The notes beneath the pieces are model-generated. The model ran no database searches and was not told the DNA's origin. It saw only the letters and a list, made by a program, of their open reading frames with translations. Of a DNA stretch of 59,690 nucleotides, positions 44,585-54,439 are shown piece by piece. Position 1 is the first letter of the stretch; each line of letters starts with the position of its first letter. Source of the stretch: Candidatus Sulfotelmatobacter sp. (GTDB lineage: Bacteria > Patescibacteriota > Microgenomatia > Levybacterales > UBA12049); assembly GCA_035568375.1 (NCBI GenBank), contig DATMOG010000096.1, positions 1 to 59,690 on the forward strand, written 5' to 3'. The position numbers and the translations under genes were made by a program.

Positions 44585-45241
44585 TTATGAAGAGTTCTTA
44601 AAGGTTTGATCAATTTTTGATTTAAAATCGTTATATTGTAATACACCTTGAATTTGTACACCATTGAGATAAAATGTTGGCGTTGCATTTATTCCAACAG
44701 CATAGCCATCATTAAGATCTTGTTGAATTTTATTCGTATATTTCTTGTTAGTAACTTCGCTTTTGAATTTGTTTATATCAAGATGTAATACTTGAGCATA
44801 TTGTATAAAATAATCCATTGCATTGGCTGATTCACCCCATTTACCTTGATTGTTATAGAGCATATTGTACATTTCAAAATATTTTCCTTGTGTACCAGCT
44901 GCCTCAGCTGCTTCAGCTGCTGGTTGAGCGTTCTGGTGTTGTGGTAATGGGAAATTACGAAAGACGAAATTTATTTTCCCTTTATAATCTTGTAATAATT
45001 GAGTAATGATCGGATATTCTGCTCCACAAGCTGGACATTGAAAATCGCCAAATTCAACGAGTGTTACTTTTGAATGAGCATTTATTATATGACTGTCATT
45101 GTGAACAAGTGCATTTATATTTGAAATAGGTTTTGTACTTTGTGAGGAGGAAGATGATCCGCCAAACAAAAATGCCGCACCGACTACGAGTATCAATGTG
45201 ACAATACTTACTCCTGCAATAATTTTTACTTCATTTGACAT
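44585..45241 (-). CDS. DsbA-family thiol:disulfide oxidoreductase (BdbD-like)
   Basis: N-terminal anchor, FGDFQCPACG CxxC active site and thioredoxin-fold length. Confidence 0.85.
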   Translation of the reverse strand: MSNEVKIIAGVSIVTLILVVGAAFLFGGSSSSSQSTKPISNINALVHNDSHIINAHSKVTLVEFGDFQCPACGAEYPIITQLLQDYKGKINFVFRNFPLPQHQNAQPAAEAAEAAGTQGKYFEMYNMLYNNQGKWGESANAMDYFIQYAQVLHLDINKFKSEVTNKKYTNKIQQDLNDGYAVGINATPTFYLNGVQIQGVLQYNDFKSKIDQTFKNSS

Positions 45242-45251
45242 AGTCTATAGA

Positions 45252-45713
45252 TTATTTTTTATGAACCTTGCGTGAAATGTTACTCGGTTCTTCGTTAATT
45301 ATCTTTGCATATAATAGCATAGATGCTGTAATAACTGCAAAGGAGATCATTGATCCCAAAGGAATTGTCATAAAGCCAAAAATTGTTATTGGCTGTTCAA
45401 TACATGAGACTCCTGCTGTACATGGAGCAATTTTTTCGGGCAAGATATGCCATACTAATAAATTTTGATAAAAAGCAATCAAAAAACCGATGATACTAAG
45501 TGGCGCAATATAATAATGGATATCTTTTTGTTTGCGGATAATACTGACAGCACTAATGAATACCATTGGATACATGCAAATTCTTTGATACCAACAAAGT
45601 AAGCAAGGAGTAAATTTAAGAATCTCACTGAGGAAAAGACTTAAAAGCGATGAAACAAGAGCGATTAGAAAAACGATATAAGGAAGATATAATGTATATT
45701 GCCTAAATTTCAT
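45252..45713 (-). CDS. disulfide bond formation protein B (BdbC/DsbB)
   Basis: 4 TM, CLLCWYQRICMYP (CxxC) and a second Cys pair CTAGVSC. TGCTATAAT 6 nt upstream of the ATG. Confidence 0.85.
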   Translation of the reverse strand: MKFRQYTLYLPYIVFLIALVSSLLSLFLSEILKFTPCLLCWYQRICMYPMVFISAVSIIRKQKDIHYYIAPLSIIGFLIAFYQNLLVWHILPEKIAPCTAGVSCIEQPITIFGFMTIPLGSMISFAVITASMLLYAKIINEEPSNISRKVHKK

Positions 45714-45719
45714 GAACCA

Positions 45720-45728
45720 ATTATAGCA
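45720..45728 (-). promoter_or_regulatory. extended -10 TGCTATAAT, 6 nt upstream of the BdbC/DsbB ATG
   Basis: Read directly from the sequence. Confidence 0.6.
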
Positions 45729-45763
45729 CAGTTTGATAATATCACTAATTTAATTCATTATGA

Positions 45764-46012
45764 TTATGTGTTAGTTTTTTTCTTCCGTTGCATTATTTGC
45801 ACCATACGGAAAACATTAATAATGCCGCTTATAAAGCCAAGACCAATTCCTAAAAATATATAAAATGGCGTCGTATGAAAAAAATTGTCGGCAAAAAATC
45901 CAATTAGAAGAAGAAGAAGCACTGGGGATGCAAGTAAAATGGCAGTACTCATCCCAACAATGACAAACATTTTATAAGCAGAATTATTTACATTCTGTTT
46001 TTTTACCTCCAT
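45764..46012 (-). CDS. AtpZ/AtpI-like small membrane protein
   Basis: 82 aa with two TM helices and a basic tail, similar to the ATP-synthase-gene-1 family. TGTTATAAC 6 nt upstream of the ATG. Confidence 0.5.
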   Translation of the reverse strand: MEVKKQNVNNSAYKMFVIVGMSTAILLASPVLLLLLIGFFADNFFHTTPFYIFLGIGLGFISGIINVFRMVQIMQRKKKTNT

Positions 46013-46018
46013 AGTATT

Positions 46019-46027
46019 GTTATAACA
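46019..46027 (-). promoter_or_regulatory. extended -10 TGTTATAAC, 6 nt upstream of ATG 46012
   Basis: Read directly from the sequence. Confidence 0.55.
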
Positions 46028-46242
46028 GCGTGAGGAATATTAGTAAAGTTTATTTAAATAAATAGTATTGTGCGTTATCTTACGCTATTGTAGCAGTCAT
46101 TGTAGATACACCTATTTGTCTAAAATTAAAAATAAGACTTGGAATAGTTCAAGTTTTACAAAGAGTTACAACAAAGCTAATTTGCGTAAGGTAAATAATA
46201 GTAACTTGCATTCTACTTTTCTTTTTGTTTATAATAGTTTTT

Positions 46243-46704
46243 ATGGACATCTTCCAAAGTTTCGGTCATCTTTTCTCAGCGCTTGGGATTATCTTTACAT
46301 CTATTATAGGTCATTCGCATGCAATAGTTACCTCATTATCCCCACAACCTACTATTGCTGTATCGCCTATTTCAACGGATGCTTCATCATATAACCTAAA
46401 TCGAAGTTTTAGTTATCAAGAGTATTCACTCATGATCTCTGCGGCTGTTCCTAAAAATGGTGGAAATATTATAGGTAAGATTTCGGGTGACTGTAATGGT
46501 ACTATTAATGGTCATTATGATGGAAAAGAGAATGGTACGCTTAATGGTCAGGCAAATGTGACCTGTAAAGTGTCCTTTGTGCAAATACCAGGAATAGTAA
46601 CATTCAATGGAACAATTAGTAAAACGGCAAAAAATGCTCAACTTCTTATTACTCTTGCAGTAAGTTCATTCAAAAAATCACAAAATATAACAGTTAACTT
46701 CTAA
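46243..46704 (+). CDS. secreted hypothetical protein
   Basis: ATG 46243 lies 7 nt after TATAAT (46230-46235). Signal-like N-terminus, then NGT-rich repeats (GDCNGTINGHYDGKENGTLNGQANVTC). Confidence 0.5.
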   Translation: MDIFQSFGHLFSALGIIFTSIIGHSHAIVTSLSPQPTIAVSPISTDASSYNLNRSFSYQEYSLMISAAVPKNGGNIIGKISGDCNGTINGHYDGKENGTLNGQANVTCKVSFVQIPGIVTFNGTISKTAKNAQLLITLAVSSFKKSQNITVNF

Positions 46705-46810
46705 ATTATCTACAGCTTCACGGCCTAATATTGCTATTAAATAATAAGGTGTAATATGTATTATTTAACTTAATTAGTTAACCTATAATATTGTTTTGAA
46801 AGTATTTATT

Positions 46811-46819
46811 TGCTATAAT
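46811..46819 (+). promoter_or_regulatory. extended -10 TGCTATAAT upstream of the flippase gene
   Basis: 14 nt before GTG 46834 and 131 nt before ATG 46951. Confidence 0.45.
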
Positions 46820-46950
46820 GGTATCTCATAGTTGTGAAAAGACATTTTAGAACAATCACAAGTGGATCTACATCTCTTTTACTTGCGATGGTAAGAGAAA
46901 TTTCATGGAATAACCCTACAGAAGTATTCGTTAAAATATATCGTCATTTT

Positions 46951-48216
46951 ATGACAGATTCTCTTTATCGTAACTCTATTTATCTTATTCTCAGTACTGC
47001 AGTGTTAGCTTTTTTAGGCTTTTTCTTTTGGATTATTAATGCTCGATTATATACTCCTGAAGAAGTAGGTATCGCTACGACACTTATTTCTGTTATGACC
47101 TTTATTAGTAATTTTAGTCTATTAGGTTTCAATGTTGCGTTAATTAGGTACCTACCAAAATCATCTAATCGTAATCGAATAATAAATTCTGTACTTGTTT
47201 TAATTTTTTCAGCTTCATTAATTGGATCCATTATTTTTATTGCAGGAATCAAACTTTTTTCTCCAAAATTATTATTTCTTCAACATAATATTTTATATAT
47301 CATTTCATTTTGCATTTTTATAGTTGGAGCATCACTTAATACAATAGCAGAAAGTATTTTTATGGCATACAGAGCATCGTTTAATGTATTAATAAAAAAT
47401 GGTTTACTTAGTATCTTAAAGTTGATTGGCACTCTATTATTTGTATTTCTTGGATCATATGGTATTTTTTCTTCTGTTGCGCTTGCTACATTAATTAGTG
47501 CATTAGGTGCTTTTATTCTTCTAATATTAAGATATAAGTATTATCCTTCATTTGAGTTTAATAAAAAAATAATTAAAGACATGGCAACATTTTCAGGGGG
47601 AAATTTTATTGCTGGATTTTCTTCTCAAACTCCTACACTTATTCTCCCTTTACTTATAATTAATATTTTAAATGCTAAAATAGCTGCTTATTATTATATT
47701 GATGCCATGATATTAGGTTTTTTAGCTATTATTCCATCTGCAGTGACCCAATCATTATTAGCAGAAGGATCTTATGATAATACTAAATTAAAACAACAGT
47801 ATATAAAATCTATAAAAATTATCAGTACTCTATTGTTGCCTACAATACTTATAATAGTATTATTTGGAAATATTATTCTTCATTTTTTTGGCAAGAATTA
47901 TGCTAATGAAGCTTTTACATTACTCAGAATAATTAGTTTTTCAGCAATTTTTATGTCTGTAATATCAATTGGTAATTCGATATTAAGGGTAAGACATCAA
48001 ATTGCAGAATTAATAATAGCAAATTTTTTAAGCGCGATATTTATACTTGCGTTTTCGTATCTTTTTATGCACCTGGGGTTAACTGGAGAAGGAATTGGTT
48101 GGTTTATTGGACAAGCATTATCAGCTCTGCTTTATATTGTGATATTAGGAAAAGCCATCTTGATAAGGAATCTAAGAGATATTCTTAATCGATTTTCACA
48201 TTCTTCTAGAGCATAA
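46951..48216 (+). CDS. oligosaccharide flippase (Wzx/MOP superfamily)
   Basis: About 12 TM. The N-terminus MTDSLYRNSIYLILSTAVLAFLGFFFWIINARLYTPEEVG fits the family start. The track ORF begins at GTG 46834, so the start is uncertain. Confidence 0.75.
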   Translation: MTDSLYRNSIYLILSTAVLAFLGFFFWIINARLYTPEEVGIATTLISVMTFISNFSLLGFNVALIRYLPKSSNRNRIINSVLVLIFSASLIGSIIFIAGIKLFSPKLLFLQHNILYIISFCIFIVGASLNTIAESIFMAYRASFNVLIKNGLLSILKLIGTLLFVFLGSYGIFSSVALATLISALGAFILLILRYKYYPSFEFNKKIIKDMATFSGGNFIAGFSSQTPTLILPLLIINILNAKIAAYYYIDAMILGFLAIIPSAVTQSLLAEGSYDNTKLKQQYIKSIKIISTLLLPTILIIVLFGNIILHFFGKNYANEAFTLLRIISFSAIFMSVISIGNSILRVRHQIAELIIANFLSAIFILAFSYLFMHLGLTGEGIGWFIGQALSALLYIVILGKAILIRNLRDILNRFSHSSRA

Positions 48217-48235
48217 AGGGAATAGATATTCTCAA

Positions 48236-49255
48236 CTATTGTTTAAATGTTAAGGCTGCTGGCAATAAAATATCTCCATTCTGTTCTACAATTTCCCAAC
48301 CGTCAGGCGCTCTTGTTCTTCGATAAAATAGGTAACCTATTGCTCCGATAACATTTTTATTTTTATAATCAGAGGTCAATTTAAGCACTTTTTCATATGC
48401 ATTTTTTTGTAAGTTTTGGCTCCCAAGTGTATGTTGATCAGTTAATGATGATCCATTTCCAGCTCCAAATTCTTCTATTAAAATAGGTTTATTTCCACTA
48501 TATTTTTTAATTTCATGAATATAGCTTTTTGCTAAATTATATGGATCAGGATAGACATTTTTTACTAATTTATCGTATCCATATACATGTATTGCATAAA
48601 GATCTACAATATCTTTTATTACTGCAGCTCCTTTTGGATCATGCCAATTACTACCAAGTTTCCAACTACCAATTGTTATTTTCATTGTAGGGCATGATGT
48701 TCGTATTAAGTCTGATGATTCTTTTAAAAGTGTTAGGTTATGTTGATCCAGAAGAGGTTCGTTTCTGATATCAACTACTAATATATTTGAGAATGAACAA
48801 AGATTATTATCAATCACATATTGCTTAACAAAATTTGGGTAGTCGCTATCAATTTCATGTTTGAAGAATTTTTTATCTTTACTATTTGATTCAATTAATA
48901 TTACAGCATAAATTCCTTTTTTCTTCATTTTACTTAACACTTCATTCCATTGCTCATGGGTATATGACGTGGTTATTGTTTGATCAGTAGGGCTAGTAAT
49001 ATTGGTAATTCTTAATGTATTCATCCCAAGTCTTGCAGCAAGATCAATTAAATCCTCTCCTTGGCTATTTACAATATAATGTTGAGATTCAGGTAGGATT
49101 TGACTCATGTCAACTGTAGCGCCGAAATATTGTTTTGGTTTAATGTTGAGAGTATCTTTAACAGTTGCAACAAGATCTTCACGATAGTTGTATGCTAACA
49201 TAGAAGAAAGAATAATCAGTAGTAAAAATAATATAAAATTTATTTTCCTTTTCAT
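48236..49255 (-). CDS. secreted glycoside hydrolase, GH5-like TIM barrel
   Basis: Signal anchor, VVDIRNEP (acid/base NEP) and ILIEEFG (nucleophile Glu). Confidence 0.65.
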   Translation of the reverse strand: MKRKINFILFLLLIILSSMLAYNYREDLVATVKDTLNIKPKQYFGATVDMSQILPESQHYIVNSQGEDLIDLAARLGMNTLRITNITSPTDQTITTSYTHEQWNEVLSKMKKKGIYAVILIESNSKDKKFFKHEIDSDYPNFVKQYVIDNNLCSFSNILVVDIRNEPLLDQHNLTLLKESSDLIRTSCPTMKITIGSWKLGSNWHDPKGAAVIKDIVDLYAIHVYGYDKLVKNVYPDPYNLAKSYIHEIKKYSGNKPILIEEFGAGNGSSLTDQHTLGSQNLQKNAYEKVLKLTSDYKNKNVIGAIGYLFYRRTRAPDGWEIVEQNGDILLPAALTFKQ

Positions 49256-49310
49256 GAAGAACTATATTATACAGTATTGAGACTATCTTATAAACCCAGC
49301 AAGTTATTGA

Positions 49311-50153
49311 TTACGAAAAGAGACTTTTTGCTTTTCTGAATAAGTTATTTTTAACGAAATTAACGCGATTAGGATGTTTTCTCTTATCTAGTGTATTAAA
49401 TTTATCTTCGCATCTTATTGTATCTTTGAGGCTTATATTGAGCAGAGTAGATAAATTTTCCTCTTTTAAAGAATATTTATCTACTTTTTTATTTATTTTG
49501 CTATGATTATATGTAAAAATGATTGAACGTAATAAGACATACATGTCATATTGAATATTATCAATTCGTGAATCAGCAAAATCAATTAGATAATAGATAT
49601 TATTATGAATAAAAATGTTTTCAGTAGAAAAATCAGAATGTATTAGAGTTGTCTTATTTTTATAAAACAATTGCATGTGTTTTATAATTTTATTATGGTG
49701 AGAAAGTGCTATTTCCAGGTTTATTGAGCCGTCATTAATTTTTTTTTGAAAAGATTTCATTTTCAAAAACTCAATTTCTATAAGATTATTTCCGCAAAAT
49801 TTCATGTTAGGAAGTTTTATATTTGAAGAATTATTTTTGTATTTTTGATAGAATTTCTTTTCTCTTACGTATGCTGACTTATCAGAAGTCCTTTTTATTA
49901 TTTTTAACTGTCCGTTAATTTGAATCAATTTTACTGTATTATACCATTTCCCTTTTCCTTTATAGATAACGAGTGCATCTTCATTTAAAGTCGCTATTTT
50001 GTACCTAATGTTATAGAGTTTGAAGATATAGGCGATAATAATCATTAATCGCATCATATGATGGATTAGTTTTCTCGCAAGTAAATAGTCAATAGATTTA
50101 GGGAGTATGATCCCATGATTAAAATAGTCAAAACAAATTAATAGTGACTCCAA
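49311..50153 (-). CDS. protein-kinase-like fold (LPS/sugar kinase-like) protein
   Basis: LIHSDFSTENIFI (catalytic loop HxDxxxxN) and YLIDFADS (DFG-like). The N-terminal start is uncertain. Confidence 0.55.
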   Translation of the reverse strand: MESLLICFDYFNHGIILPKSIDYLLARKLIHHMMRLMIIIAYIFKLYNIRYKIATLNEDALVIYKGKGKWYNTVKLIQINGQLKIIKRTSDKSAYVREKKFYQKYKNNSSNIKLPNMKFCGNNLIEIEFLKMKSFQKKINDGSINLEIALSHHNKIIKHMQLFYKNKTTLIHSDFSTENIFIHNNIYYLIDFADSRIDNIQYDMYVLLRSIIFTYNHSKINKKVDKYSLKEENLSTLLNISLKDTIRCEDKFNTLDKRKHPNRVNFVKNNLFRKAKSLFS

Positions 50154-50206
50154 ATTATACTTAACAGAATAACCCTTGTTTTTGATGTATTTATTTTTTA
50201 TATTGA

Positions 50207-51073
50207 TTATATAATAAAAATTTTTTCTTTAAAACAATATTTCCAAAGTATAAATCTTTCATATAACAATTTGGGATAAAGTAAAAAAAAGATAATAAAA
50301 TCATTTTTTGTTTCATAAACCCCTGTAAATAATTTAATGAGTAATAAAGGTGGGAATAAAATGCATACAAGTTTTAAAGGAGCATAAATTCTCCAAATCA
50401 TATCATACTTTTCGTTATATTTTTTGAAAAATAAGAGGACGCGATAGTACACCCAACTACCTGACTCTAAATAGGCATGTGGTGTCCATTTTGATTGGGA
50501 ATGATAAACAATCATATGTGGATCAAAATAAATTTTTCCTAACTTTTTGGCTCTTAAGGCTAAATCTCTATCTTGATTTCTCTTATAAAGAGAATTAAAT
50601 AAGCCTACTTTAAGTAATACGTCCTTTTTATATGCCATATTTGCAGTCATATATTCACCACCATATAAATTTTGTACTACCCTATCAGAGTAAGTCCGTT
50701 TATACTTTTTCGAAATATAAAATATTCGCCCTTCAACTCCCACACAATTATTATTTTCTAGACTTTTAAGTCCACTTTTAAGCCAGTTTTTAGTAACAAT
50801 ACAATCGGCATCAGTAAAGAACAAAAAATTACTTTTAGATTTTTTAATTGCGTTATTTCTTGCAAAAGATTTACCAGAATTTTTATATGTTTGAATATAA
50901 TTGATTCTTTTATCATTAATTTCATTTAGTATTTGCTTGGTATTGTCAGTTGAACCATCATCAATGATTAGTAATTCAAAATTTCTTTCCGTTTGTGACA
51001 AAACTGACATAATAGCCTTATTAATTTGATTTCCCATGTTATATGTAATAATAATTATAGTTGCTTTAATCAT
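50207..51073 (-). CDS. glycosyltransferase family 2
   Basis: IIIITYNMG, LIIDDGSTDNT and FFTDADC (DxD). Confidence 0.85.
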   Translation of the reverse strand: MIKATIIIITYNMGNQINKAIMSVLSQTERNFELLIIDDGSTDNTKQILNEINDKRINYIQTYKNSGKSFARNNAIKKSKSNFLFFTDADCIVTKNWLKSGLKSLENNNCVGVEGRIFYISKKYKRTYSDRVVQNLYGGEYMTANMAYKKDVLLKVGLFNSLYKRNQDRDLALRAKKLGKIYFDPHMIVYHSQSKWTPHAYLESGSWVYYRVLLFFKKYNEKYDMIWRIYAPLKLVCILFPPLLLIKLFTGVYETKNDFIIFFLLYPKLLYERFILWKYCFKEKIFII

Positions 51074-51084
51074 GGTTATCCTTT

Positions 51085-53406
51085 TTATCTATAAATTTTT
51101 GAACTCCCGTTGTTATAAATTAGACTTTTATTCTGATCTAAGAATGTAAAAGGAAATTTATAATAAATTGGGGTACCATTGACATATACGATTATTTCTC
51201 CTGTTTGTATATTTGAATAACTTAGATAGACATAAGAGTTTCTTCTTATAACTGATGGGATTAATCCGTCAACAGAATATATATTGCCATAGGTATGTAT
51301 TTTTTTACCTGTAAACCAATCTGATTGAATAGGGATTTTTTTATCACGATTGATTACTAACCACTTTATTGAAGCAATTTCCTGTGTATGGGTATAGTAG
51401 GCATCATAGTAGAATCCGCTATTTGTTAAATTCAATTGTGGATAGTACCCTCCGGTTATAACTGTTGTAAATCCAGATAAGAATAAAAAGAAGAAGATAA
51501 AAATAGAAGAAATCAAATAAATTTTGATACTTTTATGTATTTTGTCAAATATACTAAATAAGGATAGAGCTCCAATGAGTAGAGGAATAGCTAAAAGAAT
51601 AAGCCCTTGTTGAAATAGCCTTAAAATACCGTAGTTTATTGCGCTACTTGGAAGTACTGTCTCAACAACAAGTAATAGGAAGAAAACTATCGTTAATAGG
51701 AGATGTTCTTTTTTCAAGTTTTTAATATGTTTTTTGTACCAAAATATCGATAAGAATCCTACTATAATAAAAATTTGGATAATTTTTGCATAAATTTGTT
51801 TTAGTGAATCACTAATTAAGAATATATTAAAATGATATTTATTTAATATATTTCCAATCCAAGTTTGAGGAAGCGTTGCTTGTTGCATTGAAGAAACTTT
51901 GTATTGCTTATAAATATCTTTATTTAAAAATGCACTATCATTATTAAATTTTCGAGAAAACTGCGTAGTGCTAGAAGTGTAAGACTGTAATAATTCTTGC
52001 ACACTTAACTTTTTAGTTCCTATAAGACTATATGATGCGGGATCACTCTTAGGTTTAGTAAAATGTTTTACATTAAAATCCTTTGTAATGCTATTAATTG
52101 TTTGAATAATGCCATCTGCAGTGTGAGTGATGCTAAAATTCCAGGCAATTGTTACAAATAGCAGTAAAATGACCATCAGTATTTCTAGTTCTGTTTTATT
52201 GTGATCAATTCCCAGTTTTTTGTCGAGTGTAGAAATTACACTTTTTATTTTTGTATGTTTTCTAAGAACATTAATGCTGATATATATTATTGAAGTAACA
52301 ATAAATAAGCCAATTGTTATATATGTTGTAGAATAATGAGAAACGGTTAAACCAATGCCAAAAATAGAAAATAAGAGCCATTTTGTTTTTGCAGATACAT
52401 TTTTGGTGAATATTGCATTAAGCATTAATGCAAAATATAAAAAAGCAATTTCTTGACGATTGAGCATTGGCATATCTGTCATAAACGTAGGAAGGGAGAT
52501 AATAATAAAGGTTCCAAAAAAGGCAAGAAATGGAGCTATAAACTTTTTAAGAAATTGATAAGTTACTATAGTTGATACTGCAAAAATTATTTGAAAGAGG
52601 ATCTTAAAAATGTACATATCACTAATATGAGTAAGAACAGATAGCATTGTTGGCAGAATTGTAATGCTTAAGCATGCTGTATAAGGATTCGGAAAACTTG
52701 CCATGTTCCAAATGCCTTGCGTTTTGGTAAGTTGAAAGACATAATATTCAAGATAAATATCATGTCCAGTGATGAACCATCCCCTCAGCGATGTCATAAG
52801 AAGAAGAGATAAGCCTATCATAAAGACACTATATGAGTAAAAATGTTCGTTGATTTTATCTCTTATGATAGTTAACAAAAGTATATAAAAAGCAATAAGT
52901 CCAAGCATAACCATTGTAAAGACATTGGTTTGATTATTATTAAGACTAACAGCACCGATAGTACTAAGAATAGGGAATAAGATCGGAAAAATAATAAAGG
53001 GAATAGCTTTTTTAGAGAGTTTACTTTTTATTGATTCTAGCGGAAAAGGTTTAGTTCTTATGAATAAATATATCCAAAGTAAGCCGTTCACCACATCGAA
53101 TGCTAAAAGAATTGGAAGTAGAGTAAGTGGCTGAAAAATTTTGAAGTATGGGAGTATCCAATTAATTGTAAGACCAAGTAACATCAATTGTGTCAAGCTA
53201 AATCCCAACGAATAATATATTAATTCCCAAATATTTTTGTATTTAGGATAAATAATCCAAGATAATAATATTCCTGGAACTAACAATAGGTATGTACTTG
53301 TAATTATTTCTCGAAGAAAAAATAATTTTATATTTCCTAAAATTAACCAATTTACAATCATTCCTGAGAAAAATAATAACAATAATATTATGCGTTCTTT
53401 ATTCAT
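51085..53406 (-). CDS. GT-C-like polytopic membrane protein (DUF2206-like)
   Basis: 773 aa with more than 15 TM helices plus a C-terminal soluble domain. Loop FITGHDIYLEYY. The position inside a GT operon suggests a polymerase or oligosaccharyltransferase-like role. Confidence 0.55.
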   Translation of the reverse strand: MNKERIILLLLFFSGMIVNWLILGNIKLFFLREIITSTYLLLVPGILLSWIIYPKYKNIWELIYYSLGFSLTQLMLLGLTINWILPYFKIFQPLTLLPILLAFDVVNGLLWIYLFIRTKPFPLESIKSKLSKKAIPFIIFPILFPILSTIGAVSLNNNQTNVFTMVMLGLIAFYILLLTIIRDKINEHFYSYSVFMIGLSLLLMTSLRGWFITGHDIYLEYYVFQLTKTQGIWNMASFPNPYTACLSITILPTMLSVLTHISDMYIFKILFQIIFAVSTIVTYQFLKKFIAPFLAFFGTFIIISLPTFMTDMPMLNRQEIAFLYFALMLNAIFTKNVSAKTKWLLFSIFGIGLTVSHYSTTYITIGLFIVTSIIYISINVLRKHTKIKSVISTLDKKLGIDHNKTELEILMVILLLFVTIAWNFSITHTADGIIQTINSITKDFNVKHFTKPKSDPASYSLIGTKKLSVQELLQSYTSSTTQFSRKFNNDSAFLNKDIYKQYKVSSMQQATLPQTWIGNILNKYHFNIFLISDSLKQIYAKIIQIFIIVGFLSIFWYKKHIKNLKKEHLLLTIVFFLLLVVETVLPSSAINYGILRLFQQGLILLAIPLLIGALSLFSIFDKIHKSIKIYLISSIFIFFFLFLSGFTTVITGGYYPQLNLTNSGFYYDAYYTHTQEIASIKWLVINRDKKIPIQSDWFTGKKIHTYGNIYSVDGLIPSVIRRNSYVYLSYSNIQTGEIIVYVNGTPIYYKFPFTFLDQNKSLIYNNGSSKIYR

Positions 53407-54431
53407 ATAAAACCCTTCATTAAACCTAGTACTGTTGAAAGTTCATAGCCTCCTTGTAGATAGGGAAAAGAAAGAAAATATAATTGCATTCTTTTAATTG
53501 CTTTTATTCCCCACCATGCGTAGAATAATTGTGGAAGAATTAGCAGTGATAGTAGTCCATATAGAGGATTTATTATTGTAATAATTAAACTTATCAAAAT
53601 GATAGCTGGAGGGAATGGATATATTGGAGGAATTTTGTTATTTTGTTGATAAAATTTAAGCGTCACTTTACCTCTACTATATGGCTTTTTAATAAATCCT
53701 TGCAAGGATAGTTGATGATCATGGTAAATTATCGCACTTTTTGTACAAAATAATTTTTTATTTTTTATTTTTTTATTTATGCGATTACATAATTCTGTAT
53801 CTTCCACTCCGCTCATTTTATTGTTCCATCCATTGACCTTTTTTAAAATTTCAATGGGGAATGAGCAATTCGCTCCCCAAATTTCATTAACTATTAATAT
53901 TTTTTCTTTTCCTTGAATAATTGGAAAGAACATATTTTTAAGATATGCATAAAATCTGATAATTGGATTTTTGCTAATACCATAAATTACTGGAGAAGGA
54001 TTTGCATATCCAATCTCATCCATATATTTATCAATCATTGTTCTATTATTTTTAAGTTGTATAAATCCAGCGATGCCGAGAGTTTTATTTATTCCAATTT
54101 TATTGTAAGCTTTTTCTAAATTTTTTAACCAATTTTTATGTGCAAAACAATCATCATCGAAGCATATATAAATTTTTCCTTTAGCATTTTTTAACCCAGT
54201 ATTTCTAGCTGCTGCAACTCCTCTGTTTTTTTTGTGCCTGATTAATGTGACAGGATATTTTTTAACTATTTCTATAGTTGCATCTGTTGATCCATCATCC
54301 ACTACTATAATTTCAAATTTGTTTTTTGGATAGTCTAAATTAACTAAAGACTCTAAACATCGTTCAATATGTTTCTCACGATTATATGTACATAAGACGA
54401 TACTAAATAATATGTTGTTTTTTTTATTCAT
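53403..54431 (-). CDS. glycosyltransferase family 2 (with C-terminal TM helices)
   Basis: IVLCTYNRE, IVVDDGSTDAT and CFDDDC. ATGA overlap with the downstream gene. Confidence 0.85.
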   Translation of the reverse strand: MNKKNNILFSIVLCTYNREKHIERCLESLVNLDYPKNKFEIIVVDDGSTDATIEIVKKYPVTLIRHKKNRGVAAARNTGLKNAKGKIYICFDDDCFAHKNWLKNLEKAYNKIGINKTLGIAGFIQLKNNRTMIDKYMDEIGYANPSPVIYGISKNPIIRFYAYLKNMFFPIIQGKEKILIVNEIWGANCSFPIEILKKVNGWNNKMSGVEDTELCNRINKKIKNKKLFCTKSAIIYHDHQLSLQGFIKKPYSRGKVTLKFYQQNNKIPPIYPFPPAIILISLIITIINPLYGLLSLLILPQLFYAWWGIKAIKRMQLYFLSFPYLQGGYELSTVLGLMKGFI

Positions 54432-54439
54432 ATGTTTTT

